Source: Snowella sp.
Lineage (GTDB): Bacteria > Cyanobacteriota > Cyanobacteriia > Cyanobacteriales > Microcystaceae
Length of the DNA stretch: 25,103 nt
Direction: 5' to 3'
Assembly (NCBI GenBank): GCA_035285545.1
Contig: JAYKGY010000137.1
Location: 1-25,103, forward strand
The notes beneath the pieces were generated by a model that was not told the DNA's origin, ran no database searches, and saw nothing but the letters and a program-made list of their open reading frames with translations. Position 1 is the first letter of the stretch. Every line of letters starts with the position of its first letter. Made by a program: the position numbers and the translations under genes. Of the stretch, positions 1 to 9,784 are shown in pieces.

Positions 1-1518
1 TCTAGGGATAAAACGGTTCGTTTGTGGGATTTACAAGGCAAAACTCTGGCGATTTTAAACGGTCATCAAAAATCTATTGATGATGTGCAATTTAGCCCAG
101 ATGGAACGTTTTTAGTCACCGTTTCAAGGGATGGCACCATTAAAATCTGGAATTTACAAGGGCAATTGTTAAACAGTTTTGGGGATGGAAAAACCGCTTT
201 TTTTGGGGTTAGTGTGAGTCCGAAAGGGGACAAAATCGCGATCGCCGCTGAAGATGGAACGGTTAAACTCTGGAATCTAGCGGGTCAATTATTAGGAACT
301 TTTAAAGGACATCAAGAATTAGTGACCAGTGTTGCCTTTACACCCGATGGTCAGCGGATCATTTCGGGGTCTAGCGATGGGACAGTGAAAATTTGGACTC
401 TCCAGGGACAGGAACTCCGCACCCTACGGGGTCATCAGGAGGCGATTTTAAAAGTCGCCCTTGATCCATCGGGAAAAAACCTGGCCACGGCTTCGGAAGA
501 TGGAACGGTGAAACTGTGGGATTTAACGCCAAAACCGATGCTGGGTTTTCGTCCCCTACGTTCTCGATTGACGGGGGCAGGGATTAGTTCTAACCTGTCC
601 TTACTCGCCTTGGTAGGGGAAGCACAACCCTTAAGTTTATGGAATGGGCAAGGCCGCTTACTAAAAAGCTTTCCTGAAGATACTGCGGGCATCACTCACC
701 TGAACTTTAGCCCAGATGGTCAAAAAATTGCCCTGGATAGGGGAGGCGGAACGGTGCAAATTTGGAATTTGGAGGGGAAAAAACTCGGAGAACTCCCTGA
801 AGATATGGGCCGGATTTATGGATTTGCCTGGAGTGCGGATAGTCAATTACTCGCGATCGCGCCCAAAAGTGGTCAAGTGTCGATCTGGACAGTGGGACAA
901 ATGCCGCCGACTCGTTTACAAACCATTGCCGCTTCTCCAGACCGGGTTTATGGTGTCAGTTTTAATCCCCAAAATAATCAAATTGCGACGGCATCGGAAG
1001 ATAAAACCGCTAAAATTTGGGATTTACAGGGAAATTTGCTAGCTACCTTATCGGGGCATCAGGATTCGGTCTATCAAGTCCGCTATAGCCCAACGGGTCA
1101 ATACTTATTAACGGCTTCGAGGGATGGAACCGCTAAACTCTGGACAGGCACCGGGCAATTTTTAAAGACCCTATCCGGCGATCCGTTTCCGATACAACAC
1201 ATCAGCATCAGTCCCGATGAACAATGGATCGCTACTGCTTCGAGCGATGGCACTATTCGCCTCTGGGATATTCAGGGCAATTTACGGGGAGAACTGAAAG
1301 GACAGGATACCCCCCTAGCAGCTTTGGCTTTTAAGCCCGATAGTCAAGCCATGATAACCATCAATCGAGAAGGCATGGTGCAGGAATGGCCCGTTGAAAC
1401 CGAGTTACCCCGACTCACGCGCTTATTACAGGAAGGATGCCACTGGTTAGGCGATTACTTCATAAGCCATCCCCAGGCACGGGCTAAATTTCCTATTTGT
1501 TCCTCACCAGTGAACTAG
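1..1518 (+). CDS. WD40-repeat protein, 5'-partial (C-terminal beta-propeller region)
   Basis: Frame is open from base 1 (SRDKTVRLWD...). About 11 GH...WD/WN repeats (e.g. GHQELVTSVAFTPDGQRIISGSSDGTVKIW). Ends in LLQEGCHWLGDY..C, a tail typical of large cyanobacterial WD40 proteins. Overlaps the convergent kinase gene by 15 bp. Confidence 0.93.
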   Translation, partial: SRDKTVRLWDLQGKTLAILNGHQKSIDDVQFSPDGTFLVTVSRDGTIKIWNLQGQLLNSFGDGKTAFFGVSVSPKGDKIAIAAEDGTVKLWNLAGQLLGTFKGHQELVTSVAFTPDGQRIISGSSDGTVKIWTLQGQELRTLRGHQEAILKVALDPSGKNLATASEDGTVKLWDLTPKPMLGFRPLRSRLTGAGISSNLSLLALVGEAQPLSLWNGQGRLLKSFPEDTAGITHLNFSPDGQKIALDRGGGTVQIWNLEGKKLGELPEDMGRIYGFAWSADSQLLAIAPKSGQVSIWTVGQMPPTRLQTIAASPDRVYGVSFNPQNNQIATASEDKTAKIWDLQGNLLATLSGHQDSVYQVRYSPTGQYLLTASRDGTAKLWTGTGQFLKTLSGDPFPIQHISISPDEQWIATASSDGTIRLWDIQGNLRGELKGQDTPLAALAFKPDSQAMITINREGMVQEWPVETELPRLTRLLQEGCHWLGDYFISHPQARAKFPICSSPVN

Positions 1519-4443
1519 GGGCGGTTCGGCAGGAATGGTGAAATAGAAGGTGCTGCCTTTGCCCAATTCGCTTTCGACCCAGATTCTGCCGCCGTGTTCT
1601 TGGATAATATCTCGACAAATGGCTAAACCCAGACCTGTTCCCCCTTTTTCGCGAGAATCGGAAGCATCTACCTGTTGGAAGGGTTCAAAAATCGATTGCA
1701 AATTGTGGGACGGAATCCCCCGACCGCGATCGCTGACGGTAAATTGGAGATAGGAAGCCGCGTAAGGCTCGGATGGATCGAACGGGATATTTTCAACGGC
1801 AAGCAGAATCAAAGAACACTCAGGAGAAAATTTAATGGCATTACTGAGAAGATTAATCAAAACTTGAATGAGACGGTCTTCATCGGCGTATAAGGAAAAA
1901 ACGGGAATATCCGCTTGAATTTCAGTTTCGGCTTGGTTGGCCAATTCCCTAACTTGAGCGATCGCGTCCTTAACAATTTTCTGGGTATCGCAAGGGTGTT
2001 TTTCGAGACGGAGTTTCCCAGAGCGTAAGCGTTCGAGATCCAAAATATCATTAACCAAACGCACTAGGCGGTCAATCCCTTCGGTGGCAATACTGAGCGT
2101 GGTTTCTCCTTCTTCGGATACGGGATTAATGATTTTTTCATGGAGTAAACTTAAGGCGGCCTGGATAGAGGTTAGGGGCGTGCGTAACTCATGGCTGACT
2201 ACCGAAACAAACTCTGATTTCATTTGCTCTAATCGATACCGCTCGGTGATATCTTCCCCGATGGCAATCACCCCGATGGGTTTACCGGATGGATCATTCA
2301 AGACCGAATTATTCCACGCAATGATCCGCTCTTGTTGGGATTTGAGTAAAATGGGATTCTCAGTATAGGCGGGCAAATCCTGATCCTTCAACAGTGCTCG
2401 GAATCTCTCTGCGAGGTCGCGTTGTAAATAGGTCGGGATACAGGTTTTAAACCAGTTTTTGCCGATCACTTCATTGGGGCAAAATTGGGTGAGTTTCAGG
2501 TAATAAGGATTCACGTATTCGACCTTTCCCTGCTGATCTAACTCCACCACGATCATTTGGATATTGTCGAGGACAGACCGCCAGCGTCGGTTAAATTCCT
2601 GAAGATGGGCTTCGGCTTGTTTGCGATCGCTAATATCCATCGCAATGCCAAACAGGTTAATCACCTCGCCTTGTTCATTAAACATGGGCTGACCCTTGGC
2701 GTAGATATAACCCAAAGAACCATCCTGACGCACAATTTGTAGATCGCTACTGTAGGTTTCCCGACAAAGGATAGAACGGTTAATCAGTTGGGTAAAACGT
2801 TCCCGCTCATCGGGTAAAAAATATTGCAAAAGTTCCTCATAATGCGGGGCTTGGGTCTGCGTCTCAAAACCAAACATCTGGAAAATTTCGGGAGACCACA
2901 CAACCTGACCCGTGAGCACATTCAGTTCCCAAATCCCTAAATTGGCGATTTTTTGAGCTTCCCGTAGCAGGGCCTGGCTCTGTTTAAAGGCGGCTGTGCG
3001 TTGTTCTACCCGCAGTTCAAGATCTTGATTAAGCTGATGAAGCGCGAATTCGGCCCGTTTTTGCTCGCTGATATCCCGCCCTTCAGGGATTAATAAAATC
3101 ACTTCCCCGCTTTCATCCCGTAGCGGTCTTAAGGAAAAGTCAATCGGAACCACCACCTGATTATTGCCCCAGACTTCGACTTCATAGCGAATAAACTCTC
3201 CTCGTCTGGCCCGCGCGATCGCCTGCTGTAATTGCACCTGGGTCTTTTTAGAAATTCGCCACCAATAGGCTTCCCAAAAAGGCAAACCAACCACATCTTC
3301 CCGTTTTAATCCAGCAAAATCTAAGGCCGTTTGATTCGCTTCCAGCAAGGTTCCATCGGGAGACAATAGCCCAATAAATTGAAAGGTATTATTAAAAATG
3401 GCTCGAAATTTCCGTTCACTGTCCTTTAGAGCCTCTTCCGTGGTGATAATTTCCGTAACGTCTTGAGCTGTCCCAAATAAACGGACAATTTCCCCCTTAT
3501 TATTTAATTCTGCCTTCCCAATGGCCCGAATATAACTCCAGGACTCCCCCCTACTAATTACCCGAAGAATCAGTTCATAGGGTTCTCCTGTCGTCATCGC
3601 CCGTTGCACCGCTTGATCAAGAAGCACGGCATCGTCGGGATGATAGAGGCCAAGATTTTGTTCATAACTGGGTTCTCCCCTTGCCGCATCCCATCCCAAG
3701 GTTTGAAAGAGTTGGGCTGACCAGGTAATTTTTTGGGTGATTAAATCATATTCCCAGTTGCCAATTTGGGCCACTTGTTGGGCTTCAGACAGCATTTTTT
3801 CCCGTTTTTGCAGTTTAATTTCAGCTTGTTTGCGGATATTAATGTCTTTCACTCGGACTAGATTGACCGTATTTCCTGAAATATTGAGGTTTTTTGCAGA
3901 AAGATTGCCCCAAAAATGCCGTCCTTTTTTACTGAGATACTCAATATCTCCTGTCCAATAGCCAAAACGCTGCATTTCAAAAACAATTTCTTGAATTTCC
4001 TCATCACTAAAATCCCGTTTTTGTAAACTGCGGCCTTCAATGCCAATCAGTTCGGCTTTGCTATCCACTTCAAACATTTCCACGGCCCGTTGATTACAGT
4101 CTAAAATTTTGAGGCTTTTTGGATCAACGAGAAAGATCGCGTCCGTGGCTTCGTCGTAAATGACCTGGCTAAAGTCGCGGTTGTGGATAAACTCTAGGTT
4201 TTTCAGTTGGGGCTTCTCTTGCTGTATCGGTTGAGAATGACCATTGTGATGGTTTAAAGGCTGGATTTTTGGGGTTTCTTCGGTTAATTGAGGAGTGGAA
4301 GGTAGCAGGACGGATTTTCCCTCTTCTAATGGGGGAGACTGTTTTAAAAGGGCAATCTCTGCCCGCAAATTGGCGATTTCTTCAAGCAATTGTTCCCGCG
4401 TTTTACTGGTGTCGTCCAACGGCTGGGAAAGGGAATGGTGCAT
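1504..4443 (-). CDS. Cytoplasmic multi-PAS (about 5 PAS/PAC) sensor histidine kinase
   Basis: H-box VSHELRTPL, N-box QVLINLLSNAIKF, G1 DRGRGI, F-box IFEPFQQ, G2 GGTGLGLAI; repeated PAS/PAC units ending in DIT/DIS/DVT; no obvious transmembrane segment. Confidence 0.93.
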   Translation of the reverse strand: MHHSLSQPLDDTSKTREQLLEEIANLRAEIALLKQSPPLEEGKSVLLPSTPQLTEETPKIQPLNHHNGHSQPIQQEKPQLKNLEFIHNRDFSQVIYDEATDAIFLVDPKSLKILDCNQRAVEMFEVDSKAELIGIEGRSLQKRDFSDEEIQEIVFEMQRFGYWTGDIEYLSKKGRHFWGNLSAKNLNISGNTVNLVRVKDINIRKQAEIKLQKREKMLSEAQQVAQIGNWEYDLITQKITWSAQLFQTLGWDAARGEPSYEQNLGLYHPDDAVLLDQAVQRAMTTGEPYELILRVISRGESWSYIRAIGKAELNNKGEIVRLFGTAQDVTEIITTEEALKDSERKFRAIFNNTFQFIGLLSPDGTLLEANQTALDFAGLKREDVVGLPFWEAYWWRISKKTQVQLQQAIARARRGEFIRYEVEVWGNNQVVVPIDFSLRPLRDESGEVILLIPEGRDISEQKRAEFALHQLNQDLELRVEQRTAAFKQSQALLREAQKIANLGIWELNVLTGQVVWSPEIFQMFGFETQTQAPHYEELLQYFLPDERERFTQLINRSILCRETYSSDLQIVRQDGSLGYIYAKGQPMFNEQGEVINLFGIAMDISDRKQAEAHLQEFNRRWRSVLDNIQMIVVELDQQGKVEYVNPYYLKLTQFCPNEVIGKNWFKTCIPTYLQRDLAERFRALLKDQDLPAYTENPILLKSQQERIIAWNNSVLNDPSGKPIGVIAIGEDITERYRLEQMKSEFVSVVSHELRTPLTSIQAALSLLHEKIINPVSEEGETTLSIATEGIDRLVRLVNDILDLERLRSGKLRLEKHPCDTQKIVKDAIAQVRELANQAETEIQADIPVFSLYADEDRLIQVLINLLSNAIKFSPECSLILLAVENIPFDPSEPYAASYLQFTVSDRGRGIPSHNLQSIFEPFQQVDASDSREKGGTGLGLAICRDIIQEHGGRIWVESELGKGSTFYFTIPAEPPLVHW

Positions 4444-4478
4444 AGTTTTATTAATTACCCAAAATACTGAGACACCGA

Positions 4479-4508
4479 ATTAACCAATAATTAACCAAAG
4501 CTTAAGCG
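4479..4508. promoter_or_regulatory. Triple direct repeat with 11-bp period, Pho-box-like (OmpR/PhoB-family site)
   Basis: ATTAACCA-ata-ATTAACCA-aag-CTTAAGCG, 36-65 bp upstream of the kinase start at 4443. Confidence 0.45.
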
Positions 4509-4516
4509 ATTTCAAT

Positions 4517-4558
4517 GACAACGGCGGTTTACGATTCGCTGATCGCTGCCGTTTTGTC
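4517..4558 (-). terminator. Imperfect stem-loop after the response regulator gene (terminator or mRNA stabiliser)
   Basis: GACAACGGCGG ... CTGCCGTTTTGTC inverted repeat just past the stop at 4570; no clear U-tract. Confidence 0.35.
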
Positions 4559-4569
4559 TCGATTTTTGG

Positions 4570-4947
4570 CTAATGCCATTGCAAGATTGAGCACATTTGT
4601 TGAACCAGATCGGGGGCTTTAAAGGGTTTGGTGATAATGCCTGCTACGCCTAAGTCGGTGAATTTGGATTGATCACTGACCTGGGCTTTTGCAGTTAATA
4701 AAATGGTTGGAATCGACTTGATCTGAGGATTATCCTGCATTTTTGCATAGGTATCAATTCCATCCATGCCGGGCATCATTACGTCTAAAAGGATAGCATC
4801 GGGTTTTTCCGCTTCGGCAACGGCTAATCCCTGTTGTCCTGAGTCGGCGAGTAGGACTTCCCAACCGGCGATCGCTTTGAGGGAAATTTGAACAATGCGT
4901 CGAATACCGAGATCGTCATCAATAATTAATACGCGCTTAGTGCTCAT
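4570..4947 (-). CDS. Single-domain (CheY/RcaF-like) response regulator, 125 aa
   Basis: MSTKRVLIIDDD...AILLDVMMPGMDG...LLTA...ITKPF keeps all REC catalytic residues. The ATG at 4947 overlaps the upstream kinase stop by 11 bp; the ORF-track start at 5037 lies inside the kinase gene. Confidence 0.93.
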   Translation of the reverse strand: MSTKRVLIIDDDLGIRRIVQISLKAIAGWEVLLADSGQQGLAVAEAEKPDAILLDVMMPGMDGIDTYAKMQDNPQIKSIPTILLTAKAQVSDQSKFTDLGVAGIITKPFKAPDLVQQMCSILQWH

Positions 4948-7900
4948 GGAGAAATGCCTCGAATGATTCCGTGGGAATGGTGAAAAAGAAGGTACTGCCT
5001 TTACCGAATTCACTCTTGACCCAAATTTTGCCACCATGCTGTTCTACGATATCTCGGCAGATGGCCAAACCCAGACCCGTTCCCCCTTTTTCCCTGGCAT
5101 CGGATGCGTCAACCTGTTGAAAGGGTTCAAAAATGGATTCCAGGTTTTGGGGAGGAATGCCACGGCCGCGATCGCTGACGGTGAATTTGACCCAATCCGT
5201 TGGTGACGATTCTCCTAAGGGGGGTTCCAATTGGTCAACCGCCAGGATAATTTCTGAATGATTGGGAGAGAACTTAATCGCATTGCTCAGGAGATTAATC
5301 AGCACTTGAATTAATCGGTCTTCGTCCGCGTATAGGTTAATCGATTGGGAGAGGGCCCGAATTTCTGTCCCCGTCTGTTGGGTCAGGTTTTGGACTTGGG
5401 CGATCGCGTTTTTGATAATTTTTTGGGTATTACAAGCGTGTTTTTCTAACCGAAGTTTACCCGATTGTAGGCGTTCTAAATCCAAAATATCATTAACCAA
5501 ACGCACTAGCCGCTCAATGCCATCGGTCGCAATGGTGAGGGTAATTTCCCCTTCTTCAGAATTGGGATCAAGCACTTTGTCGTGGAGTAAGCTCAAGGCC
5601 GCTTGGATCGCCGTCAGCGGAGTCCGTAACTCATGGCTAACAATGGATAAAAACTGGGCTTTCATCCGCTCTAAATGGTAGCGATCGGTCACATCTTCCC
5701 CAATAGCAACCATTCCAATGGGATCTCCACTCGGATTTCTCAGCACCGAATTTCGCCAGGCAATGATGCGTTCTTCTCCTGATTTGGTCAGGATGGGATT
5801 AACGTGGTATTCGTAACTATTTTCCCGAAGATGGCGATGAAATACATTATCAATATCTGTTGCCAGACTAGGGGGGATAAAATTACTGACCCAATGTTTA
5901 CCGAGCACTTCTGCGGGAGTATATTCCGACAATTTTTGGAAAAAGGGATTAATATATTCCACTCGACCCTGGGCATCGACTTCAACCACGATCATCTGGA
6001 TACTATCGAGAACCGATCGCCAACGACGATTAAACTCTTGAATGGCGGCTTCTGCTTGTTTACGGCTGGTGATATCCCGATAGGTTTCTAAAACGCCGAT
6101 AATTTCACCACTGACATCCCGTAGGGGAATTTTATTCGTTTCTAGCCAAACGGAGGTGCCATCCCGTTGAATGTGGCGTTCAATGAGTCCGATGTGGGAT
6201 TCTCCCGTTTCAATGACCCGGCGATCGTCGGCTTGGTTGTTGGCCGATTCTTCCTTTGACCAGGGCAGATCCTCATCGGATTTTCCATAAATTTCTGTGA
6301 CCGAAGAAAGTCCACAGATATTCGCAAAGTTTTGATTACAGCCTAAATATTTCAAATTACGATCTTTCCAGAAGACAAAGAGGGGAAAACTATCGAGAAC
6401 GGTTTGGAGAAATTGCTTGGATTCCACTAGGGCCGCTTCGTACCGCTTCCGCGCCGTAATATCATTGGAACAGCCGATAATATTGATGATATTGCCCTGA
6501 TCATCACGAATGGTAGACAGTCGCAGACGAATATAAATTTCTTCCCCTGCTTTCGTCTGACTGCGTAATTCAACTTGGTGGCGTTCTTTGGTTTGTAATG
6601 CTTCAAACACCTCTGTCTGTAATTTGCTCAAATCTTCAGGGAGATAGAGAAATTGAATCGGCTGTCCAATACTTTCTTCTGCCGTATAACCAAACAGCTT
6701 TTCGGCTCCATGATTCCAGGTTTGTACCCGGCCATTCGCATCGGTTGAGATGACCGCATCGTGAATTTCCGTCAAAATTTGGGCTTGGAATTGAAGGAGT
6801 TCTGCCGCTTGTTGTTGCTCGGTGACATCTTGAACGGTTCCATAGATCCGCGAGACTTGGCCCTGTGGGTTCTTTTCGCCTTGTCCAATTGATTCTACAT
6901 AGCGTAGGTTGCCGTTGGGTAAAGGAATTCGTAAACGGCGTTTATAGGGCGTTCCGTTAAGCATGACCTCATCGATCGCTTGCTTGAAACTGTCTCGATC
7001 ATCGGGATGAAAAACTTCTAAATAATTGTCTAGGGTGGGATAATCCTGGACCGGATCAAGATTTAAAACGGCAAAAAGCTCATCACTCCAAAATTGGGTT
7101 TGGGTTAATAGGTTCACTTCCCAACTGCCGATGCGGGCGACCCGTTGCGCCTCTGTTAAAAAGAGTTGGTTGCGATAGAGTTTTTCCTGGGTTTCTTTCA
7201 GTTCCGTAACGTCCAAACGGATTCCATCCCAGAGGGTGCGGCCATCTTCTAGACGACGGGGAGAAGCCGATAACCGTATCCAACGAATCTCTCCTGACGG
7301 CGATCGCATCCGTATTGATGTCTCAAAAATCGATAGATTAGCCAAAGATTCCTGATATTTTCGCTGTAATAGGGGGCGGTCTTCTTCTAAGATCGTATTG
7401 AAAATTAAATTGTAATCTTGATAAATTTCCTCAACCTTATAGCCCGTTTCTTTTTCAATGCCCGCACTAAAGTAGAGAAAACGGAAACTGCCATCCAATT
7501 CCCTCACGACTTGATAGAGCGCACCTTTCGGCAAATTATCCCCAATCACCCGTAACTGCGCTTCCCGCTCCTGTAATACTTGCTCAATCTGTTTGCGCTT
7601 GGCCAATTCTTGCTCTAAGTATTGGCTATACATCCGTTCTGTCTTTTCCTTTTCGATTTGAGCTTGTTTACGCTCCTCCAATTCCTCTTGTAATCGCAAA
7701 TAAACCCGTGTTAGCTCTGCTGTTCGTTCTTTTACCCGTTCTTCTAAGACCAGATTGAGATGGTGTAATTTTAATTCTGCTTGCTTGAGTTCAGTAACAT
7801 CCAGACTAATTCCTTTGAGACCATTAATTTGCCCATCGGCTCCAAAGGTCACAGATCCTGTGGTTTGCAAAAAACGAATACTGCCATCGGTGCAACAAAT

Positions 7901-9766
7901 TCGATGCAGCTTGTTATAGTGATGGGTCAGATAGCTCTGCTCAATCTCATGTAAAAGCCCCGCCCGATCATCGGGATAAGTATATTGGACAACCAAATCT
8001 AAGGTTATCGGTGTATCCTCAGCAATCCCGAAAATACGGTAGAGTTCCTCTGACCAGTACATCTGATCCGTTGCTTTGTCCCACTTCCAATGGCCCACAT
8101 GGGCAATCTGTTGGGCTTCGAGGAGATCCTGTTCACTTCGGCGTAACTTGGCTTCAATCTGTCGGCGTTCGAGTTCTGCCCCTGCCCGACCTGCAAAGAT
8201 TTTGAAAATTTCTTCTGCCAGTTGAGTTTCAGGTAAGGGTTGACGATGAAAAACCGCGAGGATACCGATGGGTTCATGGGCAGAATTGAAGAGGGGAATT
8301 CCTAAATAGGAACGGATCTGCTGTGCCTGAATAAAATGATCATTGGGAAAGAGTTCATTGACCCGATCCTGATAGACCGTAACGGCATTGCGAGGCGATT
8401 TTACGATTTGTCCGCAGGGGCGATCGCGTAAATCCATTTCTACGTTGTTGATAATTTGTTGTTGATGACAAATCGCTAAGGTTTTGGCCTTACTTTCTGT
8501 CATTAATTCGCTAATTAAAACATAGTCAACATCCAGAATTTGGCAGAGATAATTCACCAATAGCTGAAAAAAATCATCGCCAATTTTAGAGACTAGGACT
8601 GTGGCAATGGTATTGATAATTTCTGTAATTTTTTGGCGTTCTTGTCCGTTTTCCTCGGCTTGTTGCTGTAAGTGGGTCTGTTGAATCGCAATGCTCAATT
8701 GATTGGCGACTTGATGGAGTAACTCCACCTCCTTTAGTTCCCAGGAGCGGGAATTTTGGCAATGGTGAGCAATTAATAATCCCCAAAGGTCTTCTCCGCA
8801 TAAAAGGGGGGCAGCAAAAACGGCACGCACGCCTAAGCTTTCGAGTAAGTTTTGATAACAATCAGAATTGTGGGGTTCAGCGAGAGTATCGGCAATACAA
8901 GAAATATGACCTTGACGATACCGATTGATCCATTGTGGATTCTCGGCAAAGCAGTTGTCTTCTAGTTTTCGTCCCACAATTGAAAAGGTCGGGTCTAGAA
9001 CGGATTCTTGAATAACAGTTCCGCACCAATTCTGGGGATCAAATTGATAAATCAAAACGCGATCGCAGTCGAGAAATTGCCGAATTTCGGTGATACTACT
9101 TTGAAAAAGGGAAGACAGATCCCAACCTTGACGAATACTAGCGGCCAGATGATTAAGTACCTGCTGTCTGCGCCATTGCCATTCCTGTTCCTGCATCCAG
9201 GCGGCGTGTTGCAAGACATTATTAATCGCCCGATTGAGGCCATCGGAAGTCATGCGATTTTTATCGAGGACATCTTTGGCTCCATCTTTTAAGGATTGTT
9301 CAGAAACACTGGGATTTTGTTGCCCCGTGATAATAATGCCAGGCATCGATTGATAGCCTGTTTGTTGCCGGAGTCGCTCTAAAAATTCCAAGCCGTTCAT
9401 ATCCGGTAAGAAGTAGTCGATCAGCAACAGATCGGGATGATAGGTCTGACACCACTGGAGGGCTTCGCTTCCCGTTGCAAAGTCCACAATTTCGTATTCA
9501 AAGTGGGGATTTTTGTTTAAATAACGACGATAAATGGCCCGATCCGTCGGGGAATCATCAACAACTAAAAGCCGATAGGGTTCGTTCGTTTTGGTCGGCG
9601 ATCGCGGTTGAAAAGGGATCTCCGAAGCCAATAATTGTTCATTCAGACTCGATACCGTTGTCCGCAATTGATTTAACTCGGCAATTAATTCCGCTTGGCT
9701 TTTGTCCCAATCGTTTTTACGGGGTTCTTCATTACTGAAAATGGGTTTACTGGTCATACTCGTCAT
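4937..9766 (-). CDS. Sensor histidine kinase: REC - cyanobacteriochrome-type GAF - GAF - about 6 PAS - HisKA/HATPase
   Basis: N-terminal REC (LLVVDD...LLLIDYFLPDMNG). GAF1 has CDRVLIYQF, DNCF, DCY, LWGLLIAHHC and RSW. GAF2 has YLGIPL. H-box VSHELRTPL and G2 GGTGLGLAI present. GGGGGG Shine-Dalgarno upstream. Confidence 0.93.
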   Translation of the reverse strand: MTSMTSKPIFSNEEPRKNDWDKSQAELIAELNQLRTTVSSLNEQLLASEIPFQPRSPTKTNEPYRLLVVDDSPTDRAIYRRYLNKNPHFEYEIVDFATGSEALQWCQTYHPDLLLIDYFLPDMNGLEFLERLRQQTGYQSMPGIIITGQQNPSVSEQSLKDGAKDVLDKNRMTSDGLNRAINNVLQHAAWMQEQEWQWRRQQVLNHLAASIRQGWDLSSLFQSSITEIRQFLDCDRVLIYQFDPQNWCGTVIQESVLDPTFSIVGRKLEDNCFAENPQWINRYRQGHISCIADTLAEPHNSDCYQNLLESLGVRAVFAAPLLCGEDLWGLLIAHHCQNSRSWELKEVELLHQVANQLSIAIQQTHLQQQAEENGQERQKITEIINTIATVLVSKIGDDFFQLLVNYLCQILDVDYVLISELMTESKAKTLAICHQQQIINNVEMDLRDRPCGQIVKSPRNAVTVYQDRVNELFPNDHFIQAQQIRSYLGIPLFNSAHEPIGILAVFHRQPLPETQLAEEIFKIFAGRAGAELERRQIEAKLRRSEQDLLEAQQIAHVGHWKWDKATDQMYWSEELYRIFGIAEDTPITLDLVVQYTYPDDRAGLLHEIEQSYLTHHYNKLHRICCTDGSIRFLQTTGSVTFGADGQINGLKGISLDVTELKQAELKLHHLNLVLEERVKERTAELTRVYLRLQEELEERKQAQIEKEKTERMYSQYLEQELAKRKQIEQVLQEREAQLRVIGDNLPKGALYQVVRELDGSFRFLYFSAGIEKETGYKVEEIYQDYNLIFNTILEEDRPLLQRKYQESLANLSIFETSIRMRSPSGEIRWIRLSASPRRLEDGRTLWDGIRLDVTELKETQEKLYRNQLFLTEAQRVARIGSWEVNLLTQTQFWSDELFAVLNLDPVQDYPTLDNYLEVFHPDDRDSFKQAIDEVMLNGTPYKRRLRIPLPNGNLRYVESIGQGEKNPQGQVSRIYGTVQDVTEQQQAAELLQFQAQILTEIHDAVISTDANGRVQTWNHGAEKLFGYTAEESIGQPIQFLYLPEDLSKLQTEVFEALQTKERHQVELRSQTKAGEEIYIRLRLSTIRDDQGNIINIIGCSNDITARKRYEAALVESKQFLQTVLDSFPLFVFWKDRNLKYLGCNQNFANICGLSSVTEIYGKSDEDLPWSKEESANNQADDRRVIETGESHIGLIERHIQRDGTSVWLETNKIPLRDVSGEIIGVLETYRDITSRKQAEAAIQEFNRRWRSVLDSIQMIVVEVDAQGRVEYINPFFQKLSEYTPAEVLGKHWVSNFIPPSLATDIDNVFHRHLRENSYEYHVNPILTKSGEERIIAWRNSVLRNPSGDPIGMVAIGEDVTDRYHLERMKAQFLSIVSHELRTPLTAIQAALSLLHDKVLDPNSEEGEITLTIATDGIERLVRLVNDILDLERLQSGKLRLEKHACNTQKIIKNAIAQVQNLTQQTGTEIRALSQSINLYADEDRLIQVLINLLSNAIKFSPNHSEIILAVDQLEPPLGESSPTDWVKFTVSDRGRGIPPQNLESIFEPFQQVDASDAREKGGTGLGLAICRDIVEQHGGKIWVKSEFGKGSTFFFTIPTESFEAFLHEH

Positions 9767-9784
9767 GTGTCCCCCCTAATTTGC

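Noticed and set aside
4948..5037. 30-aa N-terminal extension of the response regulator given in the ORF track
   Set aside because: Lies inside the kinase coding region; the REC fold begins at MSTKRVLIIDD (ATG 4947).
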